IMG/VR virus record: IMGVR_UViG_3300021962_000061
Location: 25,598 to 89,597 of that record
Reading direction: 5' to 3' (one strand)
Length of the DNA stretch: 64,000 nt
DNA from: a virus
This document shows, in pieces, positions 34,002 through 43,302 of the stretch. Both the position numbers and the translations under genes were made by a program. The notes beneath the pieces are model-generated. The model was not told where the DNA came from, searched no databases, and was given only the letters and a program-made list of their open reading frames with translations. How positions within the stretch are numbered: position 1 is the stretch's first letter; every line of letters starts with the position of its first letter.

Positions 34002-34925
34002 TTATTCTTCAGCTAACTTCTTGAAGAAATCAGGAAGGTTATCTTCTGAATCCGAAGGCGTGAATACATCATCGCTCTCGTTCCAGCTCTCCTTCTGAGC
34101 CTTAGGTGCAGCTGCCTTAGGACGATATGCAGGTGCTGCAACCTCATCCTCTTCTTCTTCAATAGCACGAGTCATTGGAGCACTCTGGCCAAGAGACTTA
34201 GCCAGGCGAGCCTTGAGATCATCATAGCTCTTGAATTCCTTCTTGTCAGTGAACTGAGCAAGAGAGTGTTCTGATTGCCATACCTTCTCTAACTTAGCAT
34301 CATCGTCAAGCAATGCAGCTGGTGCATCGAACTCAGACTTATCGTAGTTACGATAGCCTTCAACCTTACGAATCTTCAACTTGAAGTCAGCACCTTCCCA
34401 CATATCAAAAGGATTGACTGCTTCCTCATCTTCAAACTCAGGATACATGGCATTGTTGATCTTATCATAGATCTTCTTACCATACTTGAACAAGAACACC
34501 TTACCTTCATTGGAAGGGTTAGCAGGGTCACGAACCACATAGATGTTTGAGATGAAGTTTAGCTTACGCTTACGGGCTGAAACAATCTTCTTGTTTGCAT
34601 CCACTCCACTATTCCAAAGAACAGTGTTCTCTTCACATGCGGGGCACTTATCGCCAAGAGTCGTAGGACAGTTCTCAATGAACCAACCACCAGGACCTTG
34701 GAAGCCATGAGAGAATATGCGAACGAAAGGATTGTCTTCACCAGAAGGAGCAGGAAGAAATCGAATGACGGCAAAGCCGTTACCTGCTTGGTCAACGCCA
34801 GGTTGCCAGAAACGATTATCGTCGTTACTACCACCTTGTCTGTCGTTGATCTTCTTTACTGTATCTGCCAACTTATCAAAGTCGGACTTACGATTGCGCT
34901 TTAATTGATCAAATGCATTTGCCAT
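34002..34925 (-). CDS. gp32: single-stranded DNA-binding protein gp32
   Basis: D.RFW.P.VD.AGNG.AVIRFLP, HGFQGPGGW.IENC.TT, GKVFLFKYGKKI.DKI, acidic tail; ATG 34925 with GGAG RBS. Confidence 0.95.
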   Translation of the reverse strand: MANAFDQLKRNRKSDFDKLADTVKKINDRQGGSNDDNRFWQPGVDQAGNGFAVIRFLPAPSGEDNPFVRIFSHGFQGPGGWFIENCPTTLGDKCPACEENTVLWNSGVDANKKIVSARKRKLNFISNIYVVRDPANPSNEGKVFLFKYGKKIYDKINNAMYPEFEDEEAVNPFDMWEGADFKLKIRKVEGYRNYDKSEFDAPAALLDDDAKLEKVWQSEHSLAQFTDKKEFKSYDDLKARLAKSLGQSAPMTRAIEEEEDEVAAPAYRPKAAAPKAQKESWNESDDVFTPSDSEDNLPDFFKKLAEE

Positions 34926-34989
34926 ATAATTGTATCTCCGTATAGATGTATAGTGTATTAGTTTGTTCACAATTAAACATAATATACAC

Positions 34990-34997
34990 TATTTATA
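34990..34997 (-). promoter_or_regulatory. T4-type late promoter TATAAATA upstream of gp32
   Basis: exact match in the gp59-gp32 intergenic region. Confidence 0.6.
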
Positions 34998-35003
34998 ATA
35001 CCA

Positions 35004-35588
35004 TTAAAGATCGAAATAGTCAACAGTTAACTTCTTAATTTTTACTTTATCATACTTAACAAATGGTTTGTACTTCTGTAATTTGTTTAACTGTACTGGC
35101 CAAATTGCCGGATCCATAATTTCATTTTCCCAATAAGGGAAGAAGTTCAATTGGGAATTCAGCAAAATCATGGTTTCTGGATAAATAGTAGTTCCAATCA
35201 ACATTTTTAGCAGCTTAGGGTGTTGACCATTAACTACTCTCAATGATTGGTCAATATCGTGGGGCAGCTTCTTTATGTCTTCTTGGTAGGTGTAAGATAT
35301 AGCATCTTGTCTCTTCTTCCAACGAAGATACACATCCTCGCTCATTTCGGCGTTTACAATATCTCCAATCCAAGCATTTGGATCATCAACAAAGTTAGAT
35401 ACAAGAAGACCAATAGGGTCAGAATGCTTCTGAAGCTTCGAAAAGAAATACTTGTCCTTGCGAACTTCAAAAGCAGTGAGCTGAACTTTAACTTTGCCGT
35501 TGTACTTGAAGAAATCATAGCTAGTATGAAAGTGATTCTTGATTGCTACGTAAAGTTGATACGCTTCGTACGGACTTTGTAGTTGCAT
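35004..35588 (-). CDS. gp59: helicase loader gp59
   Basis: Y..Y.A.K.HF..SYDFFKY.GK, F..RKDKYFF.KL, GQHP.LL, KYKPF; upstream of gp32. Confidence 0.88.
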   Translation of the reverse strand: MQLQSPYEAYQLYVAIKNHFHTSYDFFKYNGKVKVQLTAFEVRKDKYFFSKLQKHSDPIGLLVSNFVDDPNAWIGDIVNAEMSEDVYLRWKKRQDAISYTYQEDIKKLPHDIDQSLRVVNGQHPKLLKMLIGTTIYPETMILLNSQLNFFPYWENEIMDPAIWPVQLNKLQKYKPFVKYDKVKIKKLTVDYFDL

Positions 35589-36159
35589 CTGTATACCACT
35601 TAGGAGGGGTTGTATATCGCCAGCGAGCAAACTTAGACTTGCTACCGATGTAAAAATTTCTATAAGCCTTTACAGGATCTTCGTCTTTATACTCATCTGG
35701 CATCGCCTGAACAAATGACTTCAACTTATAAACTTTATCTGTTGTACCATAGGTCCAATCATAGTTAGGCATATTTTGAGGTGGCCCTCTATCTGCTATA
35801 CATCTAAGGATAGGACTACAAGCATGGCTTTTACGAAACCGCTTTTGATATTCCGACTCTAATGCAACAGTATGTAAAAATAGCCATTCGTAATGGACAG
35901 CATCTTCTCTAATCCAAATGTTGCATGGATGTTTAAAGTGAACAGCATGGTAAAGAACTTTATCTCTACGATCAGCCAAACGATAGCGAGGGACATTACG
36001 CTTTCCAGAATTAGATGGAGCAATTTCCATTTTACCATCTAGCACTCTATGGCAAGTTGACAGCATCTGGATGCTCTCGGTGAACATCTTGACAACATGC
36101 TGGTCACAAAGCATTTGTGCAGCTATGAATGGGTTACGATCTACAATAAAAATATTCAT
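35521..36159 (-). CDS. pyrimidine dimer DNA glycosylase (DenV/endonuclease V-related family)
   Basis: MNIF.VD..P..AAQ.LCD.HVVKM..ES.QMLST.H, H.KHPC.IW, QAMPDEYK..D.V.AYR.FY. Confidence 0.72.
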   Translation of the reverse strand: MNIFIVDRNPFIAAQMLCDQHVVKMFTESIQMLSTCHRVLDGKMEIAPSNSGKRNVPRYRLADRRDKVLYHAVHFKHPCNIWIREDAVHYEWLFLHTVALESEYQKRFRKSHACSPILRCIADRGPPQNMPNYDWTYGTTDKVYKLKSFVQAMPDEYKDEDPVKAYRNFYIGSKSKFARWRYTTPPKWYTDATTKSVRSVSTLRSNQESLSY

Positions 36160-36161
36160 AA

Positions 36162-36749
36162 CTAACTGATGTGTTCTAGTAGTTTGTCTATATTACTACA
36201 TTTCTCTAGGAACGTCAAGTCTGGCTCCCACATTGTTAGGATTCTTTGCTTCTGTGTTTCGGTAAGTTCAACGTCAACGTTTGTTTGGTTTAACTTCTGA
36301 GGAAGGTCAAGGTCGGTGATGTTGAACATATCACCACTAAATGATTTGAGGAAGTACGTCTGCGATCTCAAATGAATGTTCAAATCCCCTTCATTATCAA
36401 CTTTACTAATATATGTAATTAGTTCGTCAATTGACATTCCTCGAATTTCTGGAATAGCATCTTTCCTTACGTACCTAAAGTCACTATATAATGACTTGAA
36501 CCTTTCAACAGGATCCCTAACAACTGTAAAGTTATAAAGGCCATTTGTATTAGCATCTAGTGGTGTTATATAGTCAGCAAGATCCTCGTGGTGGATCCAT
36601 TGATTGGATTGATTGTCTAAAGATTTCAACCACCTTGGTTGATACTTCTTCATTAATAAGTACTTGACTGTAGTATTGCCGCACTTAGGAATTGCCCAAA
36701 AGTTGCAGGGACCAATACTGGCAATACTATACGTAAGTTTGACGCTCAT
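36162..36749 (-). CDS. sulfotransferase family protein
   Basis: 5'-PSB-like IPKCGNTT and 3'-PB-like VRDPVERFKSLY, H...Q motif. Confidence 0.78.
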   Translation of the reverse strand: MSVKLTYSIASIGPCNFWAIPKCGNTTVKYLLMKKYQPRWLKSLDNQSNQWIHHEDLADYITPLDANTNGLYNFTVVRDPVERFKSLYSDFRYVRKDAIPEIRGMSIDELITYISKVDNEGDLNIHLRSQTYFLKSFSGDMFNITDLDLPQKLNQTNVDVELTETQKQRILTMWEPDLTFLEKCSNIDKLLEHIS

Positions 36750-37386
36750 AAGGTAACAAAGATTGTTGTATTGTGGAGTAGTTAACTAAACCAACATTGT
36801 ATGTTTCCCTAGCATACACAGCTAGTCTATTATAAAAGAATTGAATTATTTCTTCGTCTGTTAGATCGCACCATGGCTTATTATAATATGCGTTGAGTGT
36901 TGAGCGGTTATACTCTCTTTGAAACTTGGCCATCAATGAGGGATCTGAATAACCCTTAAGTTCAATGTCTATTCCCCTACCATAGTAAGCAGTTGATTGG
37001 TTTGGGCCATTATAGACCATATCAGCTCCAATAAAGCCAATTTGGTTGATTGCTTTTCCAAAATAAACAAGAGAGCAATATGCTGTAGCCAATACAGTAC
37101 TACGTCCACATATATCCCAGCCACCACACTGCTCAACAGCATACATTGCACTAGCTTGATTGAAAAAATTGCCCTCAGGCTGACTGGATGATAGATCTAT
37201 AGGAGTTAAATTTTGAGGGAACCCAATAGACTCAACATACTCTTTTTCATAATCTTCTGAACAACAAAAGTAGTTCCACTTTACTCTACCATGAGCATTG
37301 TTGACGGCGATAACTGTATGTGTAGATAAGTCCCAGTTATCCGTCTGCTCAATTGAAAACCCACTACCACAAATTAGTACGTTCAT
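36727..37386 (-). CDS. hypothetical protein, possible sugar-transferase-like Rossmann fold
   Basis: VLICGSG.S, IAVNNA, IGFIGADM pattern resembles sialyltransferase/MAF-like folds; weak. Confidence 0.4.
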   Translation of the reverse strand: MNVLICGSGFSIEQTDNWDLSTHTVIAVNNAHGRVKWNYFCCSEDYEKEYVESIGFPQNLTPIDLSSSQPEGNFFNQASAMYAVEQCGGWDICGRSTVLATAYCSLVYFGKAINQIGFIGADMVYNGPNQSTAYYGRGIDIELKGYSDPSLMAKFQREYNRSTLNAYYNKPWCDLTDEEIIQFFYNRLAVYARETYNVGLVNYSTIQQSLLPYERQTYV

Positions 37387-38003
37387 TGCTTTATATCTGA
37401 AGTATTGATAGCAAAACCAAACTGGCACACCACTCTAGGTAACGTGCCTTGCAAAAAAGGCATATAGTGTAACATTCTATCAGCAGGAAAACACCATGCA
37501 TCACACATATCTATTTGTATGTTTTTATTGTTTATATGCGGGTCGTACGATTCATGGTTGTCTCTGTTTACCATCACATTAAACCTAATGTGCCTCCAAC
37601 CTTTTATTCGCTGAGGTAGTTGAGCATATTCTCTGTCATAAGCATCAGTATGCTTTTGTATAAACCCACCTGGTTGTATATAGGTCATCAACCAACCAAG
37701 TCTAGGATCTATAGCATAATCATTGAACCTATCCAGCTCCATTACCTTTGTTATTCTTTCGTACAAAGTTTTAAACAATGGCATGCTGTCAAATATATCC
37801 ACACTACTAAATTTCAGTGAGTGTCTTAGATGTTTGGATACTGCTACTTGATATTGCTCGGATTGGTTATATGAAAATCTATCACAATTAAAATAACCAT
37901 TCGTCCATTTGTCAACAGCAAATTGATATAGTAAATTTCTTTCTTCCTGAGAAATGAACTTTCTGTGTACTACTATATTACTGAGAAAATTGATTTGCTG
38001 CAA
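37383..38003 (-). CDS. 2OG-Fe(II) oxygenase-like protein
   Basis: GGFIQKHTD (HxD), RFNVM, distal H and R.V..FG. Confidence 0.65.
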   Translation of the reverse strand: MQQINFLSNIVVHRKFISQEERNLLYQFAVDKWTNGYFNCDRFSYNQSEQYQVAVSKHLRHSLKFSSVDIFDSMPLFKTLYERITKVMELDRFNDYAIDPRLGWLMTYIQPGGFIQKHTDAYDREYAQLPQRIKGWRHIRFNVMVNRDNHESYDPHINNKNIQIDMCDAWCFPADRMLHYMPFLQGTLPRVVCQFGFAINTSDIKQ

Positions 38004-38253
38004 TTAAGTAGTTGCTCCCACTAGTTGAATCTATAGTTCTATCTATCTCACCCCAGTACTCTTCAATTGCTCTTTTAGCAAATTCCATTTCAACATACTG
38101 ACCAAGAATTTTTTCTTCTGTAGCATTGATAGGAATCTTAGCGCCCCAGATAATAGTATGAGCATAATTATAAGCTTGGCCAACTACTAAACCATCTTCT
38201 ACCTGGAAGTAGTAGTGGTTATTTTTATCAACACAGCGCCAGTTGCGTTTCAT
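37978..38253 (-). CDS. hypothetical protein
   Basis: ORF in co-oriented operon; ATG 38253. Confidence 0.55.
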   Translation of the reverse strand: MKRNWRCVDKNNHYYFQVEDGLVVGQAYNYAHTIIWGAKIPINATEEKILGQYVEMEFAKRAIEEYWGEIDRTIDSTSGSNYLIAANQFSQ

Positions 38254-38254
38254 A

Positions 38255-38806
38255 TTAGTCCCACAATCCGTTGTAGTACTTACCAAACAGCCTAAAGCCA
38301 TTCTTCATACGTTCGTCATGAGCTCTCATACCTTCAAGGTCCATCTTGAAAGTATGGTTAGGTCCATGAACAAGCTGCGAGTACTTATAACCTTTAGGAC
38401 CTTTTGCTGGCCACTTGAATGGATCACCAATCTTCTGATCATTCTCATCATAGGCTTGATGGTAGTAATCAGCTTCACCACTATAGTATTGGTCTTCCCA
38501 TTTTGTAAGCTTCTGACCAAATGCCCAGATCATTTCATCAAGAACATAGTCCCAACGATCGAAATAAAATTCGTCTGTATCGTAATCATTCTCTTTAGGA
38601 GCAGCAGATGTTGATCGGATGTTTTCTGGAACATCACAGTCATCAACATTAGGAGCACCATGCTTTGTATCCTTCAATTGGATAAGCATAGGGTGGATGA
38701 TATGGGCCAACGTACAGTCCATATTCCAAGTATCCCATTTGTCGATTTGAACTTTGACTTTTTGGTCATTGCCATTCTTTGGATAACGGCCAATCGATAC
38801 TTTCAT
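38255..38806 (-). CDS. conserved phage hypothetical protein
   Basis: V.ID.WDTW.MD.TLA.II.PML.QLK..KHG.P, W..VLDEMIWAF, G.RLFGKYY..LWD. Confidence 0.75.
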   Translation of the reverse strand: MKVSIGRYPKNGNDQKVKVQIDKWDTWNMDCTLAHIIHPMLIQLKDTKHGAPNVDDCDVPENIRSTSAAPKENDYDTDEFYFDRWDYVLDEMIWAFGQKLTKWEDQYYSGEADYYHQAYDENDQKIGDPFKWPAKGPKGYKYSQLVHGPNHTFKMDLEGMRAHDERMKNGFRLFGKYYNGLWD

Positions 38807-39066
38807 GTGAAGTACATCCTCAACAATCCTGCAAATAGTATAACACCGATTACACCATTAAGAACAATAAGGGCTCTGTCGTTCCATCTGAATCCCACAT
38901 AGAACCAACCAACAGCACCAAGCCAGCTGCAAAGGACATCGAGCCAATGAAGCTCCATTACTCCACTGGCTCTGATTGTAATTGCTACTAGCGTAATGAT
39001 ACTAGCAGTCCATTTCACATACCAAGTAATATCATACTTGGGTGTAACTGAATTTACTTTTGTCAC
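38803..39066 (-). CDS. small membrane protein
   Basis: three hydrophobic segments, WYVKW.AS and W.DRALI.LN motifs. Confidence 0.65.
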   Translation of the reverse strand: MTKVNSVTPKYDITWYVKWTASIITLVAITIRASGVMELHWLDVLCSWLGAVGWFYVGFRWNDRALIVLNGVIGVILFAGLLRMYFT

Positions 39067-39152
39067 GACTTCTTACGTCGTGCCTTTCGCTTTTTAGAGC
39101 CTAGCTTAGCTCTACCTTTACCGAAACCTTTTGTACCTGTTTTTGCTGGCAT
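39063..39152 (-). CDS. 29-aa highly basic peptide
   Basis: MPAKTGTKGFGKGRAKLGSKKRKARRKKS; AGGA RBS; fills the gap between flanking ORFs. Confidence 0.55.
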   Translation of the reverse strand: MPAKTGTKGFGKGRAKLGSKKRKARRKKS

Positions 39153-39153
39153 G

Positions 39154-39504
39154 TTAGTAATCCTTTGGATTGTAAGATGTGTACTCTTTTGCGACACCGT
39201 TTGCGTCATACTCGACCCAACTATTTGTCTGCCACTCAGTGGCAGCTGGTGTGTCAAACCCATCGAATGGGTTCAGCTCATCAATATACTCTTCACTATT
39301 CAAAGTAGGGTGTTTAAAGTCATTGACAACATCAAGACGATCGTCAATATGAAAGCAATACCCACATGCCTTCATAAAGTTCATGAACTCATTAAGAAGA
39401 TCAGTAACAGTTGCATCCTGCTTATCGAAATTGATCGTAACATCTTTACCATTACGACGGTTGGTAAAGGTGAAGGTCGAATAATCATTGTCAAATAATT
39501 TCAT
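39154..39504 (-). CDS. hypothetical protein
   Basis: coupled ORF with GGAG RBS. Confidence 0.6.
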   Translation of the reverse strand: MKLFDNDYSTFTFTNRRNGKDVTINFDKQDATVTDLLNEFMNFMKACGYCFHIDDRLDVVNDFKHPTLNSEEYIDELNPFDGFDTPAATEWQTNSWVEYDANGVAKEYTSYNPKDY

Positions 39505-39737
39505 AATTCCTTCTCCCGTCTAATTTGTTCTTTCTCAATAGCAGCCATGATTCGGTTCTCATCGAACTTTAGCTGCTCTGTTGTTTCTTTGATTGCATTT
39601 AGAAGGCATGCTACTTGAATCTCAACTTTAGCATCTGCCTTACCTTTATGTACTGCCATTAAGCTCTCAGCACAAACTTTAGATAGTTCACTTGCCTCGA
39701 GCATCAGGTATTGTAGTGTTTGTTGTCTTGAATCCAT
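39501..39737 (-). CDS. hypothetical protein
   Basis: 78-aa helical ORF directly after tRNA. Confidence 0.55.
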   Translation of the reverse strand: MDSRQQTLQYLMLEASELSKVCAESLMAVHKGKADAKVEIQVACLLNAIKETTEQLKFDENRIMAAIEKEQIRREKEL

Positions 39738-39747
39738 AATATTATAT

Positions 39748-39823
39748 TGGTGGGCCCAGTAGGATTCGAACCTACAGTCAAAGGATTATGAGTCCTCTGC
39801 ATTAACCGTTATGCTATAGGCCC
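39748..39823 (-). tRNA. tRNA-CAT (probably Ile2, lysidine type)
   Basis: cloverleaf GGGCCTA...TGGGCCC-A-CCA, anticodon arm GAGGA-CTCATAA-TCCTT; Ile2 versus Met is inference. Confidence 0.9.
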
Positions 39824-39829
39824 TTTTGT

Positions 39830-40168
39830 TTAGGACCTTTTGAATATTCGAGCAAGCAAACTTTTCTTTGGCTGCTCTACTACTTGGGTTGTAGGGTCTT
39901 CTGTTACAGGGTCTTCTACAACATCTGTGTCAACATCCATCTCAATAGTCATATCTTGAAGGACGAAGAATCCACCCTGTGCTTTAAGTGTATCTGCTCT
40001 ATTCTTAGCATCCATAAATTCGCGATACTGGCCTTCCACATTCCATACACTAAATAACAACTTCTTAGAGCGACACTCAACATGCCAACTTCCATCCCGG
40101 AAGCGGACACGAACCTTATTGATAGGTTTAAGTACTAACTCTTTACCGAAGTAGTCGATCGTGTTCAT
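39830..40168 (-). CDS. hypothetical protein
   Basis: 112-aa coupled ORF. Confidence 0.55.
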   Translation of the reverse strand: MNTIDYFGKELVLKPINKVRVRFRDGSWHVECRSKKLLFSVWNVEGQYREFMDAKNRADTLKAQGGFFVLQDMTIEMDVDTDVVEDPVTEDPTTQVVEQPKKSLLARIFKRS

Positions 40169-40380
40169 TCACTACCTTCATCTAGTGAGATGTTTTGGCC
40201 AACAGCCATAGAGCCTCGCTTATTGATGTAATCGCGGTGATGTTTATGTGCATCAAGCCACAATTGTTTCAAAGAGCCGCGTTCGTGGCTATCCTTAATC
40301 CACCCATACGCACCTTCCATAGCAAGCATACGCTTGAGCTGACGCGGAAAGTTTGATTGAAAATCACTTCTGTTAGCCAT
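40165..40380 (-). CDS. conserved small phage protein
   Basis: GAGG RBS; downstream of sigma70-like promoter. Confidence 0.65.
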   Translation of the reverse strand: MANRSDFQSNFPRQLKRMLAMEGAYGWIKDSHERGSLKQLWLDAHKHHRDYINKRGSMAVGQNISLDEGSE

Positions 40381-40408
40381 TATGTTCCTCTAATTTCAAA
40401 TATTTATC

Positions 40409-40437
40409 ACTATACTATATAGTAATCCAAAAAGCAA
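40409..40437 (-). promoter_or_regulatory. sigma70-like promoter
   Basis: TTGCTT-17 nt-TATAGT, intergenic. Confidence 0.55.
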
Positions 40438-40440
40438 CAT

Positions 40441-41760
40441 CTATTTAATGTTCTTGGAATGGTCTGCCTCGTCCTTATCATCTCTTACTTCAATGAAGAC
40501 GGGAAGAAAGAGACTCGATACACCAGTTCGTTGGTCAACAATCCTGCCATTATACTTGATGGCAATGATGCTACCAATAACATCCCTACCGATTCTATCT
40601 CGGTCATGGTCTGTAAATCCAGTGCCAACATTTACCTTAACCGTACCATCAGCTGATTCGAGAACCAGGGCACCTAAGCGACCGGCATTCTTACCGGTAC
40701 CCTCGACCCAGTCGACGCAAACCAAGTCGCATTCAAGTTCTCCCTTGAACTTAATCTGGTGCTTCGCTCTCTTATCTTCCCATCTTGCATTCAAATCTTT
40801 TAAAATAATGCCTTCTTGGCCTTCTGTTAACATCTCTTCAAACACCTCCTGTGCTTGTTCGATATCTGTAACATCCTTGTTCCAGACCTTATGAACCTTA
40901 CCGACTCTAAGCTCTGTTTTCTCGTGGACAGCATTGTTCATAGAAGCGAACAGTGAGTTCAAACGAATACGATATGGCATGTCGCAAACACCAGTCAAGA
41001 AGTCGGTGTATGGAATCCAATCCCAAACAGTAGCATGGATCAGAGCAGCATCACCAAGTGTCAATGTGCCCTTCTGAGCCTTTGATAAGACACCATTACC
41101 GATCTGTCTTGCCAAGAACTGCATCGAGTCGGTATCCATAACATTAAGTTCGCCATCAAAGACGACCTCATCGTCACCAGCAATAGCCAAGAACTCTTGT
41201 TCAAGCTGACCAAGAAGGTTCAACAATTTGCCGTTACGTGAACGGAATTCAACAGTACCGTTCTTAACGATAGCATTGAACCTCATACCATCCAACTTTA
41301 ACTGTACATTGGCTGGCCATGTGATCTTATTGATAAGACGGTCTTCGTATCCAGATGCAAGCATACATGGATATGTTGGAACAAGGTTAGGCCAAATCTT
41401 ATTGACTGTAGCCTCTGATACGCCACAACGAAGATCCTTCTCGATCACACGCTCTAGTACCTTTGCGTCCTCAGCACTTAGTGCTTCAAGGTTAGATTTC
41501 AAATGAGTAATAGCAGCGTTGCCAGTGACTATACGCTTGGATAAGTCACCAATTGAATCAAGAGCAAACTTCAATGAGATTCCTTCACTATTGTTTGGAA
41601 TATAGTTTGGAATCTTCCGAACATAGAAGTTGGTGAATGGATCTAATGCCAAGAAACATACACGCTTTAGTAAAGCATTGTCAATGTTATTACGTAAGAT
41701 GGCCTCCTTCTCAAGACGAGAAGATGTAGCAGCCAACTCATTCAGAATTTTATCAATCAT
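40441..41760 (-). CDS. gp30: ATP-dependent DNA ligase gp30
   Basis: KLDGMR adenylation motif, FDGEL, EGIILK, KFK, GTGK..G.LG, SLFLPVF...R.DK. Confidence 0.95.
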   Translation of the reverse strand: MIDKILNELAATSSRLEKEAILRNNIDNALLKRVCFLALDPFTNFYVRKIPNYIPNNSEGISLKFALDSIGDLSKRIVTGNAAITHLKSNLEALSAEDAKVLERVIEKDLRCGVSEATVNKIWPNLVPTYPCMLASGYEDRLINKITWPANVQLKLDGMRFNAIVKNGTVEFRSRNGKLLNLLGQLEQEFLAIAGDDEVVFDGELNVMDTDSMQFLARQIGNGVLSKAQKGTLTLGDAALIHATVWDWIPYTDFLTGVCDMPYRIRLNSLFASMNNAVHEKTELRVGKVHKVWNKDVTDIEQAQEVFEEMLTEGQEGIILKDLNARWEDKRAKHQIKFKGELECDLVCVDWVEGTGKNAGRLGALVLESADGTVKVNVGTGFTDHDRDRIGRDVIGSIIAIKYNGRIVDQRTGVSSLFLPVFIEVRDDKDEADHSKNIK

Positions 41761-42215
41761 TACCAAATGTCCGCATCAGGTTCTTCACGAAGACCATATT
41801 CAACTCCTATTTGGAGAAGTGTACGGCGGTCACATACCTTATAATAATCCAACAATTCGAAGTATTTGTCAACAAAATCTTCGTCATGGTCATCATAGCC
41901 AAGTGCATGGACCATCTCGTGGATCAGTACAAACTTCTTACGCTCAGACCGAGCAAGCTCTACTCGCCGACCATCGCAATAAGAATAATACCGACCACTA
42001 TACTTAGTTCCTTTGCCGGCCACAACAGCAGGCATTCGCTTAACTTTGTCACCATAGTAGTGACCAGCATATCCAGCTTCCTTCCAAATGTCACGAGCAA
42101 GCTCCTGTAGTACCTTCATTGGGAGGTTTGGTTCACCACGGAACCATTCCTTCTCGAACTTGTACAGACGACGAGTGTCGAGTGTACGCTTTAGACGACT
42201 CTTAGTAATGTTCAT
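41760..42215 (-). CDS. putative zinc metallopeptidase-like protein
   Basis: HEMVH (HExxH) followed by H..F. Confidence 0.55.
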   Translation of the reverse strand: MNITKSRLKRTLDTRRLYKFEKEWFRGEPNLPMKVLQELARDIWKEAGYAGHYYGDKVKRMPAVVAGKGTKYSGRYYSYCDGRRVELARSERKKFVLIHEMVHALGYDDHDEDFVDKYFELLDYYKVCDRRTLLQIGVEYGLREEPDADIW

Positions 42216-42423
42216 CTCCTAACCAAACCTCAGGTTCGTGTGAAAGGTCATCATAGCTGACAACATCACCATCAGCAGTAACATCCCAATCGTACTCGCG
42301 ATTGAAGTATGCCTCAAGTTCACGTTCACTCAAGAACGGATACTTAACAAGCACCTCATCTCGAGTTGCACCCTGTGCAATCATGTCGTTAATTTCAATA
42401 TCAAGTTCGCTAAAAAAGCCCAT
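42202..42423 (-). CDS. hypothetical early protein
   Basis: acidic 73-aa ORF in early cassette. Confidence 0.55.
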   Translation of the reverse strand: MGFFSELDIEINDMIAQGATRDEVLVKYPFLSERELEAYFNREYDWDVTADGDVVSYDDLSHEPEVWLGDEHY

Positions 42424-42614
42424 TATGCAGCCCTCTGTTTGTTAAAAGTAATTCGTTGAAGTATACGGTCGCGGAATTTTGGACTTCGGTCCATCTCCGT
42501 AGCAATCATGCTCTCAAGATAGCCGACAGCATACATCGGTCCGCCCTTCTCGACAAGAAGGTCAGTAAACATCTTAGCAAGATTGGAATTCAATTCGGTT
42601 TGTTTCAATGACAT
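42423..42614 (-). CDS. hypothetical early protein
   Basis: YAVGYLES motif; coupled ORF. Confidence 0.55.
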   Translation of the reverse strand: MSLKQTELNSNLAKMFTDLLVEKGGPMYAVGYLESMIATEMDRSPKFRDRILQRITFNKQRAA

Positions 42615-42823
42615 TAGTAGTAATCCTTAAAGTTGTAGTCAGCTTCGTTATCATCAAAGCCCTTGTTGTAGGCAGCAATCTCATCTACTGTCATATTCTT
42701 CTCCAAGATCTCTTCGCTCATGTAAGAGCCACCCTTGAAGTAGTGAGGACGACGTTCACGACGATAGTAGCTGTCAGCTGAACCTCGGTCGTATGGACCA
42801 CCATGGCGACGATTATTAGACAT
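42614..42823 (-). CDS. conserved T4-like hypothetical protein
   Basis: HGGPYDRGSADSYY.R...PH, MT..EI.AY..G motif; ATG 42823. Confidence 0.7.
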   Translation of the reverse strand: MSNNRRHGGPYDRGSADSYYRRERRPHYFKGGSYMSEEILEKNMTVDEIAAYNKGFDDNEADYNFKDYY

Positions 42824-43028
42824 TGCCCAACCTCTCATAAAGAGCAAACGAAACTTCTTCGCGAACTGCAGTATCAGCTGCTTCCTCGAAGCCTTTGACC
42901 TTGCTGAGTTTTTCCAACATCTGCATCACTACCATCCAAGAGATGTCGATGCGATACGCGACAGCAACAATTTCGTGAACTGCAGCATTACCTTCGTCTG
43001 TAAACATTCCGTAGTAAGGAGTCTTCAT
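42816..43028 (-). CDS. hypothetical early protein
   Basis: YGMFT.EGN.AV..IV, EA.DTAVRE motif; ATG 43028 with GGA RBS. Confidence 0.6.
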   Translation of the reverse strand: MKTPYYGMFTDEGNAAVHEIVAVAYRIDISWMVVMQMLEKLSKVKGFEEAADTAVREEVSFALYERLGNV

Positions 43029-43029
43029 G

Positions 43030-43197
43030 TTACTTCCACTCCCGCGGATCGATGCCATCACAAGGATCATCATAGCCACCGTAGCGACTCTCGATCCAAG
43101 CGAGCAGCTCTTGCTCCTCACGCTCAGCGTCCAAAACACCCTGAACGAGTTCGTACTCGGTCCAGGCCTCTTGTTTAATTGCAGTTATTGTTTCCAT
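43030..43197 (-). CDS. hypothetical early protein, probably leaderless
   Basis: ATG 7 nt after the -10 TATAGT. Confidence 0.5.
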   Translation of the reverse strand: METITAIKQEAWTEYELVQGVLDAEREEQELLAWIESRYGGYDDPCDGIDPREWK

Positions 43198-43204
43198 GTC
43201 GCCC

Positions 43205-43291
43205 ACTATACGCGAATGGTCAATTAAGGCAACACGTAAAATCAAGGAGTTAGTAACTGCTTGATTGTAAAGGGATTGTAACTTATTGATT
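43205..43291 (-). promoter_or_regulatory. repeated early promoter copy 1 with three IHF-consensus sites
   Basis: TTGCCT-16-TATAGT; WATCAANNNNTTR matches at 43240-43252, 43254-43266, 43279-43291. Confidence 0.7.
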
Positions 43292-43302
43292 CTAAAGGAC
43301 TT

